60,616 nt of DNA from a virus, in IMG/VR virus record IMGVR_UViG_3300033417_000008, positions 1-60,616 of that record; one strand, 5' to 3'. The notes under the pieces were generated by a model. It searched no databases. It saw only the letters and a program-made list of their open reading frames with translations, and was not told the origin of the DNA. Within the stretch, counting starts at the first letter, position 1; each line of letters begins with the position of its first letter. The position numbers and the translations under genes were made by a program. Positions 9,061 through 16,503 of this stretch are shown in pieces.

Positions 9061-9329
9061 GTTCTGCCTGGGGCTCATCGATTCTCACCGCCCGTACTCC
9101 TGTTACCCACGATGCCCTCGCCGATCTGCTTGGGCTAGGATTCCAGTCCGCATCTGCCATCGTCCGAACCACGCAGCATCTCACGACAAACTGGAAGGGA
9201 CCGCGAACGATCCTTACGGCGAATCTGGCGGTTGACGATCCGACTGTAAGTGTCCTGGCCAATTTCGCAAGTTACTCCCCTCCATGGGACATCGTCATTG
9301 GACGCGAGGTCCTGACTGTCACCGGCCGC

Positions 9330-11357
9330 GTGAGCGCCACAGTCTGGAGCGTGACCCACGGCCAGCGCGGCACGCCCGCCATGGCCCACTTCGCGGGGTC
9401 AGCGGGCGCTGAGGTCGCGGCGCTCGGCCACGAGATCATCGTCTCTGACGGAGCGGTGACCCGCGATTATTCGGCCCTCGCCTGCATGCTCCACACCAAG
9501 ACGCTGGCGCCCCGTGGCGAGGTCGAGGCCACATGGGAATTCGATACCGACAGCCCTGAGGACTGGCTACCGAATCCTGACTCTATCGTCACCATCACCG
9601 ACATTCAGGGACGTTCCTACCATGGGGGCATCATCGGGCGTGTCAGTTGTCTCAAGCAGGAGGACGGCATCGGCCACCACGTCAAGATCACGGCCTACGG
9701 GCTGGAGACCACTGCGACGTGGGATGGTTACGTCGATTCGCGGATCTGGCCGGCCGCTACGCCGATCCACACCGTGTTCGAGGAGTCGCGCGATGAGCGG
9801 ACCCAGTTCATCGTTCCGTTCAACACCGAGGTCGTTCATGGCGGGGAGCAGATCGGCAGTGATCTTCAGGCCATCGGCCAAGCGCCGCGCCAGCTGTGGG
9901 ACAGCCTATCGGCTCGCGGCGACAACGGGGTGGCGCTCGATTGGGCCGTCTACACCAACCACGACAATGCTGGCGCCTACCTGCACCTTCGCCAGCGTGA
10001 CACGCAGCCGATCCTGAAGCTCCCGATATCCTGCCTCGGGCTGCCGCTCGCATGGGACACGCAGCGCCGAATCAACAAGGTCGTGGTGCGTTACGCTCTT
10101 GGTTACGTTCCCGCTCAGGCCAGCGGCTCGGTTACCAGGTGGCGCTACATAGACGCGGCCAACCAGATCGATAACCTTCAAGCCGCGCAGGAATTGGCCG
10201 AGCAGGCGTTGGCGCTCCTGAATGTGCTGGAGATGCTGACCGACGGCGCGCTGGTTCTAAACGATGCGCGCCCGATCTACGATGAGGCAGGCGACCCATT
10301 TCCGCTATGGCTGATCCGCTCGGGATGGCGGGTCCAGTTGACCGATGATGACCTGCTGCCAATCCTGCCGTATGTGACCGAGCTCCCGATTGACATGGTC
10401 CAGATCGTCGGAACCGACTGTGACCACGAGGCCGAGACCAACTCGCTGACGCTCAGCGACTTCGACGATCCGCCAGCTCGCCATGCGCAGTACGCATGGC
10501 GCGACAAGCAGCGGCCAAACAGCCCGGTTCATGAGCCCATCGCCTCGACTCCGGTGAGCCCGCCGCCTAGCCTGCCGGTGCCGGTCTCAACGAGTCTCAC
10601 GCCGACCGGCGCCAACGGGCGGCTGGGCTGGGATAACGTGGCTGAGGATGCCGACATCGACGGTCCCGTCTATGTGATCGACGGAGGAGATGAGGTCATC
10701 ACCGCGGGCCGAAAGCCCGATCTGCTGATTTCGGGCAATCATCGACTGCTCGGATTCCGTCTGCTGGCCGCCAACTACGAGACCGGCGAGAGCCCGACCA
10801 CGGGAACTATCGAGATCGCCGTCACTTACGCCCACTTCGCCAGCTTCCCGGCGCTCGGGTCTGCGGTCGTCACACTAGTGTTGAACGACGCCGCATCATC
10901 ACTTGTCAATCTATCCGAGGACCCGGGCGGGGCCACGCCGATCATCGACGTTGGCCCAGACCGTACACTTCCCGCGGGCGAGCGTGGGCCTGGCTATCTG
11001 ACGTTCGAGGTCGCCGAGGATCCGGCGCCGACGTTGAAGGGAGCGTCGATTGTGGTACTGCTCCAGAAGACCGAGGGATCGGACCGAGGGGGCACGATGG
11101 AGACGCCGACGATTGTGAGTGTGTCTCCTGCCACAGCACTCGGGGTAACGACGTTCACCGTGACGACGGACCGCCCGTGTACGGCGCAGATCGAATTCGG
11201 GCCTGACGCGAACTACCGGAGCAGGAGCCAGCGGTCTGAGCACTTGCGTAAGATTTCGACGCTCGGGGTGCCGGGCATTCCGAGCGGCACCCACTACCGC
11301 GCCCACGTGTTCGACGCCCACGGCAACACCGCGTCGAGCGCGGACCAGACGCTCTAG
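9330..11357 (+). CDS. tail tip / minor tail protein (Tal-like) with C-terminal FN3-like domain; probably extends 5' to ~8859
   Basis: 675 aa from GTG 9330, but the same frame is open from 8838; C-terminus 'TFTVTTDRPCTAQIEFGPDANY..GIPSGTHYRAHVFDAHGN' is FN3-like. Confidence 0.75.
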   Translation: MSATVWSVTHGQRGTPAMAHFAGSAGAEVAALGHEIIVSDGAVTRDYSALACMLHTKTLAPRGEVEATWEFDTDSPEDWLPNPDSIVTITDIQGRSYHGGIIGRVSCLKQEDGIGHHVKITAYGLETTATWDGYVDSRIWPAATPIHTVFEESRDERTQFIVPFNTEVVHGGEQIGSDLQAIGQAPRQLWDSLSARGDNGVALDWAVYTNHDNAGAYLHLRQRDTQPILKLPISCLGLPLAWDTQRRINKVVVRYALGYVPAQASGSVTRWRYIDAANQIDNLQAAQELAEQALALLNVLEMLTDGALVLNDARPIYDEAGDPFPLWLIRSGWRVQLTDDDLLPILPYVTELPIDMVQIVGTDCDHEAETNSLTLSDFDDPPARHAQYAWRDKQRPNSPVHEPIASTPVSPPPSLPVPVSTSLTPTGANGRLGWDNVAEDADIDGPVYVIDGGDEVITAGRKPDLLISGNHRLLGFRLLAANYETGESPTTGTIEIAVTYAHFASFPALGSAVVTLVLNDAASSLVNLSEDPGGATPIIDVGPDRTLPAGERGPGYLTFEVAEDPAPTLKGASIVVLLQKTEGSDRGGTMETPTIVSVSPATALGVTTFTVTTDRPCTAQIEFGPDANYRSRSQRSEHLRKISTLGVPGIPSGTHYRAHVFDAHGNTASSADQTL

Positions 11358-11361
11358 GATA

Positions 11362-12444
11362 TTGAGGATGTGCTGGCGCGCCGTGGTTGTTGCAACGACT
11401 TTGATCGTTGCGGCGGCGTTATTTAGTCTTGAGCTCAGCAGAGGATGGGGGGATCCGTTGGCGATCTGGCAAGACGGTGATATCGTCGTTTCTTTTCGTG
11501 AGACCAACGCCCCGACTAATGTTCGCCTGGCAGCATGGTCTGCCGACGGGGCTACATTTCGCGGCACAGTGGACGTCTCACCTCCCATCGGAGATTCAGA
11601 CTCAGCGCCGCAACACCTAACTATGTACAACAACCTGCTATACGGGCGCGTCGCAACGGGTTCCTCTCGGCGCATTGTTCACATGGATGGAAGCGCTGCT
11701 AATGCAGATGACTTCTACGCTGTCGGATCTGGCGGCGGCGGCGGCCTGGCGGTGGATAGCGCTGGGAAATTCTATGTCGGTGACTCATCTGGATCTCCAG
11801 ACTTCGACTACCAGATAGCTAAGCTCAATACTGACGGATCGGTAGATTCTCTGTACGTGTATGACCCGTTCGACATAAATATGATCGGAGACGGTGGCGG
11901 TTCTAACATTGACGCAAATACTGTCCGTGTCAATCCTTCTGGCACCATTGCCTACTTCACAGATGCTCACGGAGATGTCGAACTCTCTAGCAGTGAATTG
12001 GCACTTAACCGCCTCGATCTGGTTACAGGAAGCCTCCTGACTTATCTGGATTTCACTTCGCAATTGACGAATCCGCGATGGCTGCAAAACTTTGCGATAG
12101 GTCCTGATGGCAGAATATGGGGCTGTTACCAGGACACAGCTGATGGGCAGAGAATCTTTGTAGCCGATCCGGACGGGACCGTGGTTCAAGATTGGTTCAC
12201 CCTCGCAGATAACTTCCTCACCGAGCTCCTTGCTTTGCGCACTGATGGAGCGCTCCTGGCGATCAACTGCAACGAGTTCCCTGGTCCTGTAAGCCGTATT
12301 CGGGCATACAACGAGAGCGGTGCGCAGCAATATGTGATCAATTACTCAGAGGACGAACTGGGACAACCGGCATCTGGTCTCGTGTTCGTGCCACCTGCGT
12401 CCACCGTCCGCCGACCTCGCGTCCAGATCGTCTGGCCATTCTAA
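11362..12444 (+). CDS. beta-propeller-like repeat protein with N-terminal hydrophobic segment (receptor-binding candidate)
   Basis: 360 aa; 'VVVATTLIVAAALF' TM/signal; repeated 'D..G..YV.D'-type blades (AVDSAGKFYVGD, IGPDGRIWGC, ADPDGTVV); visibly more AT-rich than neighbours. Confidence 0.55.
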   Translation: MRMCWRAVVVATTLIVAAALFSLELSRGWGDPLAIWQDGDIVVSFRETNAPTNVRLAAWSADGATFRGTVDVSPPIGDSDSAPQHLTMYNNLLYGRVATGSSRRIVHMDGSAANADDFYAVGSGGGGGLAVDSAGKFYVGDSSGSPDFDYQIAKLNTDGSVDSLYVYDPFDINMIGDGGGSNIDANTVRVNPSGTIAYFTDAHGDVELSSSELALNRLDLVTGSLLTYLDFTSQLTNPRWLQNFAIGPDGRIWGCYQDTADGQRIFVADPDGTVVQDWFTLADNFLTELLALRTDGALLAINCNEFPGPVSRIRAYNESGAQQYVINYSEDELGQPASGLVFVPPASTVRRPRVQIVWPF

Positions 12445-12479
12445 ACAGGCATAATCAGAGCAAAAGAGAGGAGACTACC

Positions 12480-12710
12480 ATGGACCAAGCACAACTCGCG
12501 GCTATCGTCGTAGGAATCGTGGAGGCCATCAAACAGCTCGGGCTCGTGGACAGCCGTTGGCTGCCGCTCGTGTCAGGAATAGCGGGCATGCTCGTCATGT
12601 GCCTGGCAGCGGGCTTCTCAGCGCCGTCGATCCTCGCCGGTCTGGCCATCGGCCTCGGCGCCACCGGCATCTACGCGGCAGCCAAGGCTCTCGCGTCGAA
12701 GAGGGCCTGA
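12480..12710 (+). CDS. holin
   Basis: 76 aa; two hydrophobic helices (AAIVVGIVEAI; LPLVSGIAGMLVMCLAAGF..ILAGLAIGLGATGIYAAA); basic C-terminus KALASKRA; AGAGGAG RBS. Confidence 0.65.
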   Translation: MDQAQLAAIVVGIVEAIKQLGLVDSRWLPLVSGIAGMLVMCLAAGFSAPSILAGLAIGLGATGIYAAAKALASKRA

Positions 12711-12809
12711 AAAGCCCGATGCAACCGTCCGATGGGCCGCTGCCGCGACTCGACGCCCATAGGGCGCTGGACCAAGCCGGCGGCCTCGCCGGGATAAGGT
12801 AGGGTCTTC

Positions 12810-13736
12810 GTGCAGGGTGGTCTGATCCAGGTCAGCGATCAGGCGATGGTCGCTCTCGCAGGTCTTGTGCTCACCGGGATGGGATCACTCGCCCTCTGGA
12901 TACGCGCGGTCCAGGACACAGCCAGCGCTCGCGAGTTGGCGCGTGTTGCGGGCCGGGTAGTCCGCGAGGGACCCAAGGCGGTGATGCTCCACCGCCTCGC
13001 ACGTATCGAGGCCTTTGTCGATGCGCTCGACGACCGCAACAACGCTCGAGATCGAAGCCGCATGGCCACCGCCCGCGAGGCGCTGCTCGGCGGGAATCCC
13101 GTGCACTGGTCGATCGAGGCCAAGCCGCACGCCGAGCGATGGGTGCATGACGAGTTCTCGACCGTGCACCTGAGCTCAGAGGGTATGGGGCTGGTGGCGC
13201 GAGACCTGCGGCGAAACATCGCCGACGGCCACCTCACCGACGATGAACAGGTCCACGCCGAGAATGGTCTGCGTGTGATCGAGGGGGCGTTGGCCTCGCG
13301 AGAACGACTCCGTCAGAGCGCACAGGAGATGACGCAGGACCGCAAGCTTGCGAGGCTACTGCTGATAGAAGATGATCACGCGGCCGCGGAGCTTACGCAG
13401 ATCGTGCTGCGGGTCACGGGCTACGAGGTGGCGGCTGTAGGATCGGCAGAGGCGGCCATGAGCGAGATCCACCGTGCACACGGTGCTGGGCAGCCGTACC
13501 AGATCCTGGTGATAGATCTGGTACTCCCGGACGTCTACGGACTGGAGCTGATCCGTCGGCTGCGCGCATCGGTCCTGACGGAGTCCACCCCGATTGTGGC
13601 GATCAGCGGGGCGCGTGGCGGCGAGTACGCTATCACGGCTGGCGCTGATATGTTTGTGGCGAAGCCGTACACGCCTACCGAGATCCGAGAGGCGGTGGCG
13701 GCTGTCCTCCAGGAAGGGAGTCGAGATGTCCATTGA
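12810..13736 (+). CDS. membrane-anchored protein with C-terminal response-regulator receiver (REC/CheY-like) domain
   Basis: N-terminal TM 'MVALAGLVLTGMGSLALWI'; REC motifs 'LLLIEDD', 'ILVIDLVLPD', 'IVAISG', 'FVAKPY' in canonical order. Confidence 0.75.
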   Translation: MQGGLIQVSDQAMVALAGLVLTGMGSLALWIRAVQDTASARELARVAGRVVREGPKAVMLHRLARIEAFVDALDDRNNARDRSRMATAREALLGGNPVHWSIEAKPHAERWVHDEFSTVHLSSEGMGLVARDLRRNIADGHLTDDEQVHAENGLRVIEGALASRERLRQSAQEMTQDRKLARLLLIEDDHAAAELTQIVLRVTGYEVAAVGSAEAAMSEIHRAHGAGQPYQILVIDLVLPDVYGLELIRRLRASVLTESTPIVAISGARGGEYAITAGADMFVAKPYTPTEIREAVAAVLQEGSRDVH

Positions 13737-13812
13737 GGTTACTGCGTGGTCCCTCCTGGCAGCGGTGCTTGTGGCGGGCGCTCTCATGGTTTGGGCGGCG
13801 CACAATGCGTGA
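13726..13812 (+). CDS. 28-aa single-TM micropeptide
   Basis: 'MSIEVTAWSLLAAVLVAGALMVWAAHNA'; AGGAAGGGAG RBS; overlaps the stop of the REC gene. Confidence 0.4.
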   Translation: MSIEVTAWSLLAAVLVAGALMVWAAHNA

Positions 13813-13888
13813 GCTGTTCTACCCGGTGTGCGGTCTGATCGCTGTGCTGTGCGCCTTCGGTCATTACCTGGATTTCAGGAGCCACTAG
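13805..13888 (+). CDS. 27-aa hydrophobic micropeptide
   Basis: 'MRELFYPVCGLIAVLCAFGHYLDFRSH'; ATGCGTGA overlap with the preceding micropeptide. Confidence 0.35.
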   Translation: MRELFYPVCGLIAVLCAFGHYLDFRSH

Positions 13889-13912
13889 GCTTGGAGTAGA
13901 GAAGGAGATGCC

Positions 13913-14605
13913 ATGATGAGAGTGCTGCTGGGGATCGCCGTGGTTACCGCGCTGATTGTTGGCCTGCTTGGCATTGGCCCGTCGCTGCACGCCCCGGCGC
14001 ATGCCGCTGGCGCCTGCACGGTGAGCAACGCTGAGCTTCCACCGGATCAGGAGGAGCAGAACCTGCTGAACGAGATCAACAGATATCGGTCGTCGCCCTA
14101 CGTGTGGTCCAACACGCTAAGCCGAGCGGCCGTATGGCAGGCTAAGGACATGGCGGCCAATGATTACGTCGGCCACACCGATACCCTTGGCCGTACCTTC
14201 CCCACGCGACTGACTGACTGCGGCCACAGCCCGACGATCCCCGCTGGGGAGAATGTCACCGCGGGCCGCACCCAGTACTACGGGGACACCAACACGGTTA
14301 GCTACTGGTTCTTCACGACCGCCGATTTCCACAACCTCGTGGGGGCCGAATTCACGCACGCTGGCATCGCGCACGTCTACAATGCCCTCTCGACCCAAAA
14401 GAACTACTGGGTGCTCGTGGTCGGCGTCGAGGGCTCAGCAGGACCAACCCCGACTCCATGGCCCACTCCCACGAATGTTGTCCCTACAGCAACCCCGTTG
14501 CCTCCGCCCACCACAACTCCTGCGCCACGGCTCCGCCTGCTCGACTGTCGCGTGCTGGATGGCACCGTCCCTGGCCCATTCACTCTCGACTGCCTGGCGC
14601 CATGA
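13913..14605 (+). CDS. secreted CAP/SCP/PR-1 (YkwD-like) domain protein with Pro/Thr-rich linker
   Basis: Signal peptide 'MMRVLLGIAVVTALIVGLLGIG..AHAAGA'; 'YVGHTDTLGRTFPTRL..CG..AGENV' and 'HNLVGAEFTHAGIA' CAP-type motifs; 'PTPTPWPTPTNVVPTATPLPPPTTTP'. Confidence 0.7.
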   Translation: MMRVLLGIAVVTALIVGLLGIGPSLHAPAHAAGACTVSNAELPPDQEEQNLLNEINRYRSSPYVWSNTLSRAAVWQAKDMAANDYVGHTDTLGRTFPTRLTDCGHSPTIPAGENVTAGRTQYYGDTNTVSYWFFTTADFHNLVGAEFTHAGIAHVYNALSTQKNYWVLVVGVEGSAGPTPTPWPTPTNVVPTATPLPPPTTTPAPRLRLLDCRVLDGTVPGPFTLDCLAP

Positions 14606-14660
14606 GGCCGGCCACAGCCGATCCGATGCAAATCGAATTCTGGGTGCTCGTGGTGACTGA

Positions 14661-14963
14661 GTGATGCTTGGCTGGCTGAGCAATCTATTCTCCCCCTCGC
14701 AGTTCGAGCGGGAGCTCGGCTATCAGGCCCGCATTCGCGCCCTCTCAGCAGAGGTTAAGCGGCTCACACTGGCGAACGGGCAACTCGACTCGGGCGAGGA
14801 CTTGTTGGAGCTGGTCGATTTCTGGCGAGAGGCGTATGACGCGTCCGAGCGCCAACTGGCGCTGTGCAGATCTCGCACCCAGCCGTACACTGAAGATGAG
14901 CTAGACGAACGGGAACAGCGCATCCTAGATCGAGCACGAGAATTGAGGAGGATTAAGACATGA
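14661..14963 (+). CDS. hypothetical coiled-coil protein
   Basis: 100 aa ORF-track ORF; charged heptad-like sequence; no motif. Confidence 0.5.
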   Translation: MMLGWLSNLFSPSQFERELGYQARIRALSAEVKRLTLANGQLDSGEDLLELVDFWREAYDASERQLALCRSRTQPYTEDELDEREQRILDRARELRRIKT

Positions 14964-15271
14964 GCAAGCTTGCGAAGGCAGGAACGAACGCGGCAGTCAA
15001 TGCGGTAGACGTGGGGGCTGCGCTGGCAATCAGCGCCATCGACGCGGCGACTGAAGTCGGCGTGAATGGCGTCAAGGAGCTGGTCGCCGTGGGGGAGACG
15101 CTGGCTTCGGGCGGCGTCGGTGCTGCGGCAGGATCAGCCAAGGTGGTGCTCGCCGAGGTCGAAGAGGCACGGAGCGAGATCCTGGCCGCGATCAAGCGCT
15201 ACCAGACGCTGGTGACCGGCCGCCTGCGGAAGCTGCTCGACGAAGCAGCGGATGCGATCCCAATCGGGTGA
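14960..15271 (+). CDS. hypothetical A/V/G-rich protein
   Basis: 103 aa; ATGA overlap with upstream gene. Confidence 0.5.
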   Translation: MSKLAKAGTNAAVNAVDVGAALAISAIDAATEVGVNGVKELVAVGETLASGGVGAAAGSAKVVLAEVEEARSEILAAIKRYQTLVTGRLRKLLDEAADAIPIG

Positions 15272-15546
15272 GCGCATGGACATTCGGCCGTCGCGAGGCG
15301 GCGGATGGGACGGAGACGCTTGCATTCCGCCACAGCTCCCGACGGTATCGCGACGGCACGATTACCGAGGCCGTCGAGCTGGACATCCTGCTCGACGGCG
15401 AGATCGTGGGCAGGACCGTGCTCGACCTGGGTCACGATGAGGGGCGCGATGGCGTGGCGGACCTGGCGGTGAGCGCGCGCATCGTCGGATTCGGCCCGAT
15501 GGGACCGGAGAGAGCGCGCACGCTCGGGTTCGACACGGACGGATGA
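15268..15546 (+). CDS. hypothetical protein
   Basis: 92 aa; start overlaps upstream stop. Confidence 0.5.
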   Translation: MSAWTFGRREAADGTETLAFRHSSRRYRDGTITEAVELDILLDGEIVGRTVLDLGHDEGRDGVADLAVSARIVGFGPMGPERARTLGFDTDG

Positions 15547-15547
15547 G

Positions 15548-15778
15548 ATGGCAGCGGCGATCTTCCACGGCACCGAAGCGGAGGGGCTGGAGCTCCATGC
15601 CGCTGTGCGTGGGAAGGGCTGCTGCGCCGACGGTGGGGACTGTAGACCCGAGCGAATCTGTACAGCCTGTCAGTTGTTGTTCGACCAGAATGCGCTCGAC
15701 CACTTGCTGTACGCCAGGCGGCTGAGCGGCTTATGGTGGCGAGCGGAATGGCGCAGAGGAGTGGAGGAGATGGATTGA
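15548..15778 (+). CDS. hypothetical Cys-containing protein
   Basis: 76 aa ORF-track ORF, abuts upstream stop. Confidence 0.4.
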   Translation: MAAAIFHGTEAEGLELHAAVRGKGCCADGGDCRPERICTACQLLFDQNALDHLLYARRLSGLWWRAEWRRGVEEMD

Positions 15779-16134
15779 TCACAGCGCGGAAGCTCGAGTG
15801 CAACGTCTGCCGGCGAATGCGCGGCGAGCAGGTGATGAGACGCGACCTGAGACACAGCACGAGGGCGAACGCGCACTCGGACCCATCTCTGGGGCTCCTG
15901 GGCTGGATCTGTGATGACTGCTGGCACCGATGGTTGGACCGCGAGGCTGCCCGATCCGCATTGGGCGAGCAGCACTACCAGGTCACGCTCGGGCTGCTTT
16001 GCTTCGGGTTGGTGATCCGTGATGGCAGGTGCATAGAGGTTACGCATGTGGGGCCGCGGAGGTGGCAGGGACGGACCGAGGCGGAGATTCGGCGGGTGAT
16101 CTCTGAGTGTGGAGGCACCATTGACCCTGTTTGA
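15775..16134 (+). CDS. hypothetical zinc-ribbon protein
   Basis: TTGA overlap start after GGAGGAG; 'CNVCRR...CDDCWHRW'; the ORF track gives a longer 15733 start. Confidence 0.5.
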   Translation: MITARKLECNVCRRMRGEQVMRRDLRHSTRANAHSDPSLGLLGWICDDCWHRWLDREAARSALGEQHYQVTLGLLCFGLVIRDGRCIEVTHVGPRRWQGRTEAEIRRVISECGGTIDPV

Positions 16135-16135
16135 C

Positions 16136-16198
16136 GTGTTGGTGGTAGCGTTGGGGCTGGCGCTCGGGATTGCCGTGCTGGCGTGGAGGAGCAGATGA
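16136..16198 (+). CDS. 20-aa hydrophobic micropeptide
   Basis: GTG start; '(M)LVVALGLALGIAVLAWRSR'; its TGA forms ATGA with ATG 16195 of the next gene. Confidence 0.3.
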   Translation: MLVVALGLALGIAVLAWRSR

Positions 16199-16503
16199 TC
16201 TACACAGACGCGAAACGGGCAGAGTGTTTCCCTCCAGGTGCATTCATACGTGAGGAGTTAGAGGCACGAGGGGTAGCTGCGGATAACATGACAGACTACT
16301 TGGCCCAGGAGCTCTTCGTCAGCCGCAAGATGGCCGAACAATTACTGCGGGGGGCAAGACCTCTCCTGAATGGGGAGGCACTGCGATTGGGAGAACTCTT
16401 TGGTACGGGGCCGGTGCTCTGGGTCAACCTGGATGAGGCATGGGGAAGCTGGCTGCACTGTAAGCTTGCGCTTCAGAGTCCACCGCATACGGATACCAGA
16501 TGA
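16195..16503 (+). CDS. HigA/VapI-like XRE-family HTH protein
   Basis: 'PPGAFIREELEARGV..YLAQELFVSRKMAEQLLRGARPLLNGEALRLGELFGTGPVLWVNLDEAW' follows the HigA antitoxin pattern; ORF track start 16183. Confidence 0.7.
   Translation: MIYTDAKRAECFPPGAFIREELEARGVAADNMTDYLAQELFVSRKMAEQLLRGARPLLNGEALRLGELFGTGPVLWVNLDEAWGSWLHCKLALQSPPHTDTR

Noticed and set aside
8722-9138. 138-aa frame-1 ORF across the 60-bp repeats ('LGAAAKMQPLFGSRMALVLS' x3)
   Set aside because: It overlaps the 3' end of 8393..8848 and has no RBS. The frame-3 reading joins smoothly to the tail-tip gene and shares the repeat signature of the fibre-like protein.
16136-16503. Complete HigBA toxin-antitoxin system
   Set aside because: Only the HigA-like HTH is recognisable. 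No RelE/HigB-like ORF lies adjacent.
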